DNA of 64,000 bases from Gemmatales bacterium (GTDB taxonomy: Bacteria > Planctomycetota > Planctomycetia > Gemmatales > HRBIN36), in the NCBI GenBank assembly GCA_047602475.1, contig JASGHE010000006.1:632051-696050 (forward strand). Direction: 5' to 3'. A program made the translations under genes and the position numbers. The notes beneath the pieces were generated by a model that worked only from the letters and a program-made list of their open reading frames with translations, was not told where the DNA came from and did no database searches. Of the stretch, positions 51,095 to 59,895 are shown in pieces (the first letter of the stretch is position 1; every line of letters begins with the position of its first letter).

Positions 51095-51742
51095 CTACTT
51101 TTGAATATTGAGTTTGAGATGGGTAACATCGAACTGCATTGCAGACACACAGGGCAATCGCCTTAACCATCGTTGGAACTGTTGCACCATAAATGCCGCA
51201 GCAAGATGGACAGCCATGACGTCAGGTTTGCCGCCAGTTTGCCTTGTAGGATTGGGCGTTGGAGAATGCCTAGCGGGTTGATCACTGCAGACGATGTCCA
51301 TGGCTTCAGTGCCTACCTCACACGTAGCTAAGAACTGAGCCGAGGAATGAACCCACAGCCAGTGCATGTTCCTGGTGACAGCCGATTCATTACAGAGGAA
51401 CACCGCATGCCGCAGCCCCGATTTCCATGAATTGAGATGGGAACGCCGGAAGCGAGTGTCATAGGTCAGCAGTTCCATTTGCGGATGATACTGATGGGCA
51501 ATGTTGGCTACGGCATCGACAGCCGGGGTACCCACATCAAAGTCCATAAAGCCGTATGACATGTCTTTTTCCGTCACGATCCGTTGATCGTACAGTGAGA
51601 GGTGCCTGACACGCAATGAGGCTAGAAGGATCGCTACCTGTCTTCCAATGGGACCTGTCCCTATCACCGCGGCGTGACACTTGGCCAAGCGTGCGTTTAC
51701 TTCAGATGGTCGTCTCTGTGGTCGAGACTTTCGGTTCTTCAA
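51095..51742 (-). CDS. Degenerate ThiF/E1-like paralog
   Basis: VIGTGPIG and QQFQRWLRRLP are shared with 53699-54385, but the ATP-binding residues and the catalytic Cys are replaced. Confidence 0.75.
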   Translation of the reverse strand: MKNRKSRPQRRPSEVNARLAKCHAAVIGTGPIGRQVAILLASLRVRHLSLYDQRIVTEKDMSYGFMDFDVGTPAVDAVANIAHQYHPQMELLTYDTRFRRSHLNSWKSGLRHAVFLCNESAVTRNMHWLWVHSSAQFLATCEVGTEAMDIVCSDQPARHSPTPNPTRQTGGKPDVMAVHLAAAFMVQQFQRWLRRLPCVSAMQFDVTHLKLNIQK

Positions 51743-51808
51743 GTCACCTCCATAAAGAATTAGGCCAACAACCCGTCCTTCAGGAAGCCTGAAGGACAGG
51801 ACAGCCGG

Positions 51809-52409
51809 CTACGCAGCCCGCGGAACAGTGATAAAGCGTGCGACCTTATCTCGCTGTTGCTTCAGCAAGTAGATCACACTTCCTCCCAGCATCAGCGTTC
51901 CCAAGGTGCCGAGATAACTCTCCAGGAGCATCGTGGAGAGCATGATGCCCGCTCCCCACCAGATCTTCTTGGAGTCGTTCCGGAATAAGCCCATCGCACA
52001 CGATGCGACCGATCCCAGCAGCATGCCCATGCGGATGAGACGGGATGCGCCAGGGAACCATTGCTGATTGAGCTGCCGATACCGTTGTTCCCGTGCATCG
52101 CCTTAGCTTTTGCATAGCCTTGGCTCCCCAGGTTTGCACTCGATGGAAGGCATTCTTGACCTTGGCCAATAACCGCTTGAGTGGGTTTTCCTTGGGAGTT
52201 TCGGCGTTCGTTGGCTTGGGCAGCACTTCCGCCATCGCCACCTGGACAGCTTCACGAGTTGCTTGCAGCACTGCTTGGCGTACCGCATCAGAGACTGCTC
52301 CGTTGAGGGCGTCAGCCAGACCATCGAGAATGGTATCGAGCCGATCAAGTTGATGGGCCAATGACTTCTTGAAGCGACCATTGAGGCCGTTGTGCATGGC
52401 AACAGACAT
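51809..52409 (-). CDS. Hypothetical coiled-coil protein with C-terminal TM helices, frameshift near 52050
   Basis: KSLAHQLDRLDTILDGLADALNGAV...; hydrophobic C-terminus lies in the 51809-52030 frame. Confidence 0.6.
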
Positions 52410-52540
52410 GGGTTCTCTCCTAAAGTGTGGTGTCATGATTGACATTCTTCTCTCGCTTCACCGGCTCAAGGCCAGGCGACACCTGGCGGCTCACGGGCAA
52501 GGAAAGGTCATGGCAGTCAGATCACCAGGGGAATAGAAAA

Positions 52541-52915
52541 CTAGCTAATGAGCAGGAACAGGCTCACGACGGTCACACCACCAGCCACGATGGCTTCCAG
52601 CCAGGGCTTTTGCAGCCACTGTCGTAACCAGCAAACGGCACGTGAGATCGTAGTTTGCCAAGGTGGTGCGGAAGATTCGTTCTCCGGGTCATAAGCGAGC
52701 CGGGGAACCGTGGTTGTTTCGTAGTCCAAATAGTCCTCCTCATAGGGAGATCCAAAAGGACGGTGCAGCTGGTCTTCGATCGTTTCAGCAACACTGGAAC
52801 TGATCGTTCGAATGAGGTTGTAGCGCAGTTGATCCTGCAAATGAAGCAGCCGCTCGATGACTCGGGCAAGCCAATGAGCAAGGATCCGGCGCAGGGGACG
52901 GTACCAAACAGTCAT
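52541..52915 (-). CDS. Hypothetical protein with C-terminal TM helix
   Basis: ATGA overlap with the GP88 gene stop. Confidence 0.65.
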   Translation of the reverse strand: MTVWYRPLRRILAHWLARVIERLLHLQDQLRYNLIRTISSSVAETIEDQLHRPFGSPYEEDYLDYETTTVPRLAYDPENESSAPPWQTTISRAVCWLRQWLQKPWLEAIVAGGVTVVSLFLLIS

Positions 52916-53625
52916 GTCACGCATGCAATCTCCGGTAAGGCGTAGGTAACTAGGGGTGGGATTCTCAAAGGACGCCAGCAGGTACCGCACGTTTCACAAT
53001 GGGGCGGCTGAGAATAGGCATGGCCATTCTCGTCGGGGCAAACACGCATGCCATCGAGTTGTTGCAACGGGATGCGACGCAATGCCCTGATCCGAAAAAC
53101 CAGATCCACGGGGCGTGATGGCAGATCATCGGGATGCGTCATCAGCCAGCAGAGTCGAACCGAGAAAGGCACTTCAGGGGGGATCCCCGTATCCCGATCA
53201 CACGAGTACCAGAGGCGTATCTGAGGAAACTGGGCCATTTCATCGAGGGCAGGTTTCAGTTTGGGAATCCGCCAGCATCGGGTGTAGGTGAAGAACTGCA
53301 CCTGCGGCAGCCACCTCATCACTTTAAGCCACTGGCGAAGATAGCGCACGCTGTAGAAGTCTCCGCCCGTATGAATTCGTACCACCTTCGCCTCATGATG
53401 AAGAATGAAGTATCGCATCCGTTGGGCAAAATCGGGCAGCTTGGTGAGTTCCAGGTTGCGCTCGTATTTAGCCTGAGCGCTGCTGCGATACTGGCCATAG
53501 CGGATGGCATAACAGTGCGTCCGGCAAGTCGGTGTCATGCCAGGACACGTGTCGCTGGTTCCCGAGGGTAAGGCAAAACCCCAGATCAAATCGCCTCCCA
53601 GTTTGCGGTTGCCAGGGGTCAGCAT
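52912..53625 (-). CDS. GP88-family (radical-SAM-like, phage-associated) protein
   Basis: GNRKLG, TCPG...CRTHCYA, VRIHTGGDFYS, YTR, C-terminal CP...CETCGTC. Confidence 0.75.
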   Translation of the reverse strand: MLTPGNRKLGGDLIWGFALPSGTSDTCPGMTPTCRTHCYAIRYGQYRSSAQAKYERNLELTKLPDFAQRMRYFILHHEAKVVRIHTGGDFYSVRYLRQWLKVMRWLPQVQFFTYTRCWRIPKLKPALDEMAQFPQIRLWYSCDRDTGIPPEVPFSVRLCWLMTHPDDLPSRPVDLVFRIRALRRIPLQQLDGMRVCPDENGHAYSQPPHCETCGTCWRPLRIPPLVTYALPEIACVT

Positions 53626-53698
53626 GAGATTCCCCTTGGTGTAAATGAAAAACGCCCAGGCTAAGATGCCTGGGCACAAGGGATAAACAACCCAAGGC

Positions 53699-54385
53699 TC
53701 AAGAAGCCATGTGCTCCTGAGCCAAGAGATTGAAAATTTGTTCACGGAGAACGGGCAGGCGGCGTAGCCAGCGCGTGAACTGAGACACCATGAGTCCCGC
53801 GGCAATGTTAGCGGTGTAGATTGTCGATTTGGCCGTGCATTCGCCGGCGTACGCTTCCTTGGCAGTGAACAACGTGGCCGGATAATGCTGATCGGCTGAA
53901 GGCGAATCGCTGGCCAGCACTCTCACTACTTCGGCTGCCATGCGGCCGTCGGCAAAGAAATGGCATTTGTCTTTCACCGCATCCCATATCAGTTTGCGAG
54001 CATCGATAGTATCGACACAACAGAACAGCGCGATGGGTCTTGAAGTAGACCAACGCAAGACATGGGACTTTTTGAAGCGTTCGGGAAAGGTGTGAATCTC
54101 CAACTTGGGAAACTGCTGTTTTGCCAGCTTCGCGACGGCAGTTACCTTGTTAGTCCCCACATCCGATTCCCAGAACCCTTGCGGTGCAATGTTCTCCAGC
54201 TTCACTTGATCGGGATCGTACAAGGCCATGCAATGAATTCCCAATGAGGCGAGCTGCAAGGCGGCATTGCGACCGATGGCGCCGGTCCCGATCACGATGG
54301 CATTGCAACTCGCCAAGCGTTCGGGCGGCACCAGGTCACGCTGCCGCTGGTTACGGCGTTTAAGATCAACGGAAACGGTAGTCAA
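53699..54385 (-). CDS. ThiF/E1-like adenylyltransferase
   Basis: RQRDL, GTGAIG, DPDQV..EN..PQ, NKV, CCVD..AR, DGRM, putative catalytic Cys in GECTAKST. Confidence 0.9.
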   Translation of the reverse strand: MTTVSVDLKRRNQRQRDLVPPERLASCNAIVIGTGAIGRNAALQLASLGIHCMALYDPDQVKLENIAPQGFWESDVGTNKVTAVAKLAKQQFPKLEIHTFPERFKKSHVLRWSTSRPIALFCCVDTIDARKLIWDAVKDKCHFFADGRMAAEVVRVLASDSPSADQHYPATLFTAKEAYAGECTAKSTIYTANIAAGLMVSQFTRWLRRLPVLREQIFNLLAQEHMAS

Positions 54386-55010
54386 GAAAGTCTCCCCAGG
54401 TTAAGAGGTCAGGATGGATAGTTTCGGAAAGGACTTCCGTCGGCTCGTCGTCGAGATCCTCCCAGAAGTCGAACGTGCTGGGTTTGACATGGCGCTCATA
54501 TTCCTGACGCCATTGGGCCAAAGCGGAATCGAGCGAAGTAGTATGAGGCCAATTCTGCCAGTCCACCACGATAGGAATCTCGAAAGATCCCCCAGGCCCG
54601 GCGCTGAATTGGATCCGGGCATAGGTTGCCGAGGTCCGGCTAAGAATCGCCATGACCGACCAGTCGCAGCCGATGAAAACCCGTTTGAAGGTAGCTTCAT
54701 CCACAGCGCTGGGATTCGGTGACGCCCCAGGATGCGTATGAAGCCATACTCTGCCGAAGCGATGTGGCGGAATCTTCAGATCGGCCATGCGATCAAAGAG
54801 ATCGGCTACGGCGGCATCCTCGAAGCTCACCGTGGAGGGTGTAGCCCGTTGATCAATGACCAGGACATCTTCCAGATATAAGGGATCAAAGGGGGACGAT
54901 ACTCCGAAACTCGCCACTTCTGTAGGCCCGGCATGACAGAGATATTGCCATTTGAGCCAGGCTAGTGGCGAGCAACGGAGCTTGTGCCCCGCCTGGGAAA
55001 ACTCATTCAT
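54366..55010 (-). CDS. JAB/JAMM metallopeptidase
   Basis: N-terminal Glu (PTEV) and WLHTHPGASPNPSAVD (HxH-x7-S-x2-D). Confidence 0.9.
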   Translation of the reverse strand: MNEFSQAGHKLRCSPLAWLKWQYLCHAGPTEVASFGVSSPFDPLYLEDVLVIDQRATPSTVSFEDAAVADLFDRMADLKIPPHRFGRVWLHTHPGASPNPSAVDEATFKRVFIGCDWSVMAILSRTSATYARIQFSAGPGGSFEIPIVVDWQNWPHTTSLDSALAQWRQEYERHVKPSTFDFWEDLDDEPTEVLSETIHPDLLTWGDFLDYRFR

Positions 55011-56056
55011 GGTGCAAGCACCTCCTTTGGTTGGTTCTCCTCCAGTTCATTGGCTTCAGATTCTGAATCATCCAATTCAGAATCGGCACAGCCTTCGCAG
55101 AGATCGTCCTCGTTGACATCGCTGGTACTCAGCACCTTGTCGCAATGGGCACAACGCGCTCGGCAATCACGGCACAGTGAAACACCGCTGGCATCCGAAG
55201 TCTCAAGGCACGATTCGCAGCAGTCGGTTTTGCACACGGCACAACCTTGAACACAACTCAGACATAGGGTCTCCGAGCAAGAAGTGCAGGAGGTGCTGCA
55301 CTCATCACAAAACGTCGCTTGACAGCAACGGCATTGATAACTGTCGTCGCTATTCACCGAACGTGAACAACTGATGCAGCTAATTCCGCCCCAGGCCTGG
55401 AGCCTGACAAACGCCGAGCTACCGTTGTAATGCTGGAGCACGGACAGCATGAGCAGGAAGGCATCGGCGATGCGTCCCGATTCCAACGCTGTCCGGATGG
55501 GCACCTTGGCGTCGCCGGCACATAACTCCTGGTCTTTGACATGAGGATGAGTCACGCTCGAATCAGTGCTGGCTGGTTCGGGATCCAGAGCTATGAATCG
55601 GAAACAGTTGATCGGTAACTCTTGATCCTGCTTGACCAACTCAATCGCAAAAGCCCCCAGGCATATCTCGCCCAAGGTAATGACCGGGGTCTCCACACGG
55701 AGTTTGCCTTTTTGAGGATCAAAAGAGATCGAAACGAACTCATCTTCCAGTTGAGCGACTTCCTCGTACCAGTGACGAGGCGACAGTTTCTCCTGCTCGA
55801 CTTCGTCATAACAACTGCTCACTACGCCAATTTGCGCCGATAAGTTGCCCAAGGCCGAAAGCAAATCATGCCGAAGCATTGGCATGCAGAGTTGCAACTC
55901 ATGCTCATCGGCAAGGCGATGCTTCTGGAGAACGGTCATCACCGCTTGCCAACGTGATCTAAGTAATTCCCACTGGTAGGACGGATGGGGATTTGAGCGA
56001 CGCTGCCAGAGTTGCTGGAGCCATGCCGCCAACCCGATTCGCTCGCGAATGGTCAT
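55007..56056 (-). CDS. E2/UBC-like protein with C-terminal multi-CxxC zinc-finger array
   Basis: THPHVKDQELCAGD (HPx...C), YNGSSAF, about ten CxxC pairs, acidic tail. Confidence 0.75.
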   Translation of the reverse strand: MTIRERIGLAAWLQQLWQRRSNPHPSYQWELLRSRWQAVMTVLQKHRLADEHELQLCMPMLRHDLLSALGNLSAQIGVVSSCYDEVEQEKLSPRHWYEEVAQLEDEFVSISFDPQKGKLRVETPVITLGEICLGAFAIELVKQDQELPINCFRFIALDPEPASTDSSVTHPHVKDQELCAGDAKVPIRTALESGRIADAFLLMLSVLQHYNGSSAFVRLQAWGGISCISCSRSVNSDDSYQCRCCQATFCDECSTSCTSCSETLCLSCVQGCAVCKTDCCESCLETSDASGVSLCRDCRARCAHCDKVLSTSDVNEDDLCEGCADSELDDSESEANELEENQPKEVLAP

Positions 56057-56076
56057 GGTTTAGACTCTTCAAATAG

Positions 56077-56103
56077 AAAACCCCGGCATCACTGATGCCG
56101 GGG
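56077..56103 (-). terminator. Intrinsic terminator between Ubl and E2
   Basis: CCCCGGCATCA-G-TGATGCCGGGG followed by TTTT on the minus strand. Confidence 0.65.
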
Positions 56104-56125
56104 AGTGATAGGAGAGTTACGTGTG

Positions 56126-56344
56126 TTAGGCCCCTTGGATTTTGGTGGGCGTGATGCTGACGCGATCGTCAGGCTGTAACACCTGGTCCGCATTCGCCGG
56201 CTGCCGGTTTACACGGATCAAGTAATCCTGAGCACTTCGATTAGGGAGTTGCTTCTTGAACAACTCCGAGACCGAGATGCCATCGCTGACTTCGACGTGG
56301 TCAGCAAAGCCGCCGCCGTCGTTATTGATCAGAAGAATCTTCAT
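56126..56344 (-). CDS. Ubiquitin-like beta-grasp (MoaD/ThiS-like) protein ending GA
   Basis: 72 aa; LIRVN...[17 protein letters not shown]; AAGGAG RBS; first gene of the E2-JAB-E1 operon. Confidence 0.88.
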   Translation of the reverse strand: MKILLINNDGGGFADHVEVSDGISVSELFKKQLPNRSAQDYLIRVNRQPANADQVLQPDDRVSITPTKIQGA

Positions 56345-56602
56345 GCATGCTCCTTACAAAAGAGGAAGTATTTCCACATGGCAGTGGAGTTTGAAAACTT
56401 GCTGCGAGGGCTAATACCCGCCAGCATCTATTATGACGCGATTTCTTCTGTTCTTTAGTCGCTGGTTCAAATCACGTTCAACAGGCTTCATACTCATTTG
56501 GTCTTCGACTGATCCATTCTGTGACATACTGACACATCTCTTCTGAAATCCCTGATCAAACCTTCTCCTTTTATTGGAATCAGATGGGAAGGAAGTCTGA
56601 GA

Positions 56603-56788
56603 TCATTTTGTCTTGGTATCGGTCGGCTTGCGATGTGTCGGTTTTGCTCGAGAGGGAGATTTTTCAAAAAGCTTCCTGGCCATAACTTGCGTGGTCATCC
56701 GCAAAAGGCGTTGCAGAATGCCTCTCACCTCTTCCTCCCTGCTGGCGCCAGGTGGCCAGGGATTGTGGCCGGATGATGTCTGTTTCAT
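56603..56788 (-). CDS. Small basic hypothetical protein
   Basis: AGGAG RBS, 61 aa, downstream of the recombinase. Confidence 0.5.
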   Translation of the reverse strand: MKQTSSGHNPWPPGASREEEVRGILQRLLRMTTQVMARKLFEKSPSRAKPTHRKPTDTKTK

Positions 56789-56799
56789 CGAGACTCCTG

Positions 56800-56836
56800 A
56801 AAAAACAAAAAGGCGAACCTCATAGTGAGGTTCGCC
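56800..56836 (-). terminator. Terminator of the recombinase gene
   Basis: GGCGAACCTCA-CTA-TGAGGTTCGCC followed by a long T tract on the minus strand. Confidence 0.75.
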
Positions 56837-56861
56837 GGAAAGGGTTGATCATCAGATGAAG

Positions 56862-58804
56862 TTAATCGCCCATCTTTAGGGGAAAGCCTCGCAAGGGCTT
56901 GAACTGAAACCGCACATGCTTATGGCGCACCCATTTGTTGTCGTTGGTTGGCGGCTCCAGAAGAGGAAGCACGGGATCGGTGATTCCCAAAGCGTCCATT
57001 TCCGCTTGCAGTTTGAGGGCCAGGAAAACTGTCTGGGTAAAGGTCCCAAGCCTAGCTGCGATCTGCCTGTGCTGATATCCCTCCTTCTTTAGTCGGACGA
57101 TCTCGGGACGGAGTTTTTCGCGTGCTGGCATATCGAACAAATCAACGACCACCTGCTTTTGAAGCATATGTCCGAACTTCTGCTGATATGCCTTGCAGGG
57201 CAAAAACGTCGTAAGGTCGAGCTTAAAAAAGGCACGCTGAACCGGCTGGCCGTGCTGCAGGAGTCGGTAGGGCTTCACGTGAATGACTGGAATCCACTTC
57301 CGCAGAAGCTGCCCCAGCTCTTGAGATTCTGTCGCCAGCCCCTGAAGCGCGTCTCGCGCCATCGATCTGATCTCGGTCATGCTCGGCAGCGATGGCGTCT
57401 CGGGCAACTCCTGATTCAGGTGCTCGATGACATCCTTGCATAAGGCGATGTCCGATTCGACATTTGCCAGTTCCGCCTTCAGCGCCTCATTCATGCCCAT
57501 ATCAGCGATGGCACGAACGAGGTTGTCTCGCTGGCGTTTGAGCTTGCTAAGGCGTGCTTGTTCCTCCTGTAGCCGCTGATTCTGCTGAAGGGCAAACTCC
57601 TCGACAGCCTTGGCCAGATCACTTACCAACGCTTTGTCAATATCGGGAAGCGATGCAATCGCTTCATAGATGGCGTTGATGATCTTGGTCTTGGCTAGTT
57701 TCCCATTGATGGCCACAGAGTTCCAGCACAGGTAGTCGCGACAACCTGCACAACAAAGATCTGACGTTCGGCCATGTGCCCCGTAGTGGAGCTGTCTACC
57801 GCACACTCCGCAGACGAGGTGCTGTCCTGGCCAAACTGTCCTTTTTCTTGGAACATTGGCCCGGGGATCGATCCCATCCTTTAATGGCCTTTGAAATCGA
57901 GCATTCTGACCCTTCAGCCTGGCAATAAGCCTGTCATAGCGTTTCGGCTCGATGGCTACCAAGTGTGGACAGAATCTTTCTCTCAGCATTTCAGGCGGCG
58001 CTTGACAGACTTGCGCCGTCCTGTTTTGTTGATCCGCTTGCTGTAAGTACGATTCCGTTGACGAATGCCTTTCAGAATGAGATTCTTCGTGATTCGGGCC
58101 ACCATTTCTGGTGTCCAGTAATCAAGTTCACACTCTGGGCCAGTTGGTATGTGATTGGCGTTAAGCCAATCAGCTACTGAGCCGAAGTTTCCGCCCTCTT
58201 CAAGGATTGTCCACCACCGGTCGTAGACTCTCTTGGCCTCTTCCGTTAGTAAAATGTCGTTCTCATGGCTTTTACCATCCGGTTTAAGGTAGCCATAGAT
58301 CGGGTGCTGGAACATAAATCCCTGATCAAAGCGATTCGTGTGAGTTCGTTTGATCCGGCTTGATGTGTCTTAGTTGGAGATCTCATGATGCATCGTGGCA
58401 AAGAACGCATGATTCCGCCAACTTGCATCAAACGTGTCAATGTGATCATTGATTGAGACCAAGCGAGTGTCGTTGTCTTCGGCCAATTCACAGAAATCAA
58501 CTGCCCTTCCACGCCGGCAGATCCTGCCTAAGTCTTCAACAACTACAGCGTCGAGTTTTCGGGATTCGAGGTGGGCTTCAAGCTGCACCAATTCCTCGCG
58601 ATCAAGGTACTCGCCACTGACTTGGCTGGTGATCACGATGTACTCAACGTTATCACCAAAGAGCTTATGTGCCTCACGTTTGCATAGGGCCACTTGGTCG
58701 TTGAGGCTCTCACGATCTTGATTGACTGTGCTGATTCGAGCAACAATCAATACTACCCAGCGTCTGCCGTTACGCGGCTTTGAGGGCTTTTCATAAGCAT
58801 GCAT
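56862..58804 (-). pseudogene. Large serine recombinase, interrupted by in-frame TAA (58370-58372) and a 1-bp deletion near 58000
   Basis: Catalytic ARIST, DLGRICR, recombinase domain YGY...ADWLN, zinc ribbon CGVCG...C...C, coiled coil. Confidence 0.85.
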
Positions 58805-59067
58805 ACGTCAATCTCCAGACCAGGCATTCTGATCTAAAGAGAGGGGGCACAGTGCCCGGCAGGCAAGCGCAAGATCGCTAATCGACTGCAAAGAACTCAT
58901 CTGCTATGAAGTCGATCCGCAGCGCAAATGCCAGATGCAGCAAATTCATGCTGTTTTCGATGTTAGGAAATGTAAAGTGCCTAGTACATCACTTCCATGG
59001 CACCACCTTCTCATCAATCTTCCGGGTACCTGGCCACCTTTATGCGTTAGTTATGCGCCCCCGACCT

Positions 59068-59625
59068 TCAATGGGCCACGGAAAGACCGCGAACAAGCGG
59101 CTTGCGATAATCCGGATCCTTTTCATTCCAGAAGACAAATCCGTTTGGAAGGTCCACGTTGAAAAAGGATTCGTAGTAAGCGTCTTCATCGAAGGGCTCG
59201 CCGTCCTTGCCGAAGATTTTCAGCTTCACGGGTTCGCTGTCCATTTCGAGGCGGCCCAGATGCAACGCGATTGCGGTGAACGTTTCTTCTTTCACCATCT
59301 TTTTTCGCGAGGGCTTTGCACCATACAGTTCGGCAAGAGCCGAAATCAGTCGATCACTCTCGGTGCCCGAACGCAGAAAGCGAACCCCCAACCGATAAAC
59401 GTGCTTCTTCACGAGATTCATTTTCGCATTGAAGCCACCTTGGATACCTTTGACCAGGACAACGTCCATTCCGACGGTCTGTTTCTTATGGGACGCCGTC
59501 AGGTGAAAACGATAGTGTTCACCGTCGTCAGTGAAGTCGCTAATGCGGAAGGTCAGGTCAACAAAGCCGTCCTCGCTATGCTGGTCGAGAATCGGATTGC
59601 CTTGGCTATCGGTTTGAATGTCCAT
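59068..59625 (-). CDS. Hypothetical protein in integron-like gene cassette
   Basis: Bounded on the minus strand by GTTATGC (59646-59652) and GCATAAC (59050-59056). Confidence 0.8.
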   Translation of the reverse strand: MDIQTDSQGNPILDQHSEDGFVDLTFRISDFTDDGEHYRFHLTASHKKQTVGMDVVLVKGIQGGFNAKMNLVKKHVYRLGVRFLRSGTESDRLISALAELYGAKPSRKKMVKEETFTAIALHLGRLEMDSEPVKLKIFGKDGEPFDEDAYYESFFNVDLPNGFVFWNEKDPDYRKPLVRGLSVAH

Positions 59626-59645
59626 GGCGACTCAGCAGCTTGTTC

Positions 59646-59743
59646 GCATAACAACCCCGTTCCTTTGCCGAACCATCCGCAAGAAACCCGAAGTCCCGCG
59701 CGATTGTAACGTCGGCCCGGTCAAGTGCAACGACTTGTTCGGC
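59646..59743 (-). mobile_element. attC-like recombination site
   Basis: 98 bp, GCCGAAC...TTGCACTTGACCGGGCCG...TGGTTCGGC...GTTATGC. Confidence 0.6.
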
Positions 59744-59895
59744 CAGTCATGTACCTTGAATCAAGCCGTGCCATGGAAATGTCGTACTCGACTTTTCCGT
59801 GGAATCATCAGAGCGATTGCACGTCTAACACGGAAGAGATGAGTACATCACTTCCATGGCACCACCTTCTCATCAATCTTCCGGGCACCTGGCGG

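Larger units (their letters stand above)
58983..59893. repeat. 52-bp direct repeat (58983-59034 and 59842-59893)
   Basis: AGTACATCACTTCCATGGCACCACCTTCTCATCAATCTTCCGGG(T/C)ACCTGGC, 51/52 identical; each copy lies just downstream of a cassette-like gene. Confidence 0.9.

Noticed and set aside
53699-56344. ThiF + MoaD as Moco or thiamine biosynthesis serving PaoABC
   Set aside because: No MoaE, ThiG or rhodanese nearby, an E2-like protein sits in the operon, and it lies 37 kb from pao on a recombinase-linked block.
58906-59709. 267-aa plus-strand ORF
   Set aside because: Antisense shadow of the cassette gene 59068-59625; it runs through repeats.
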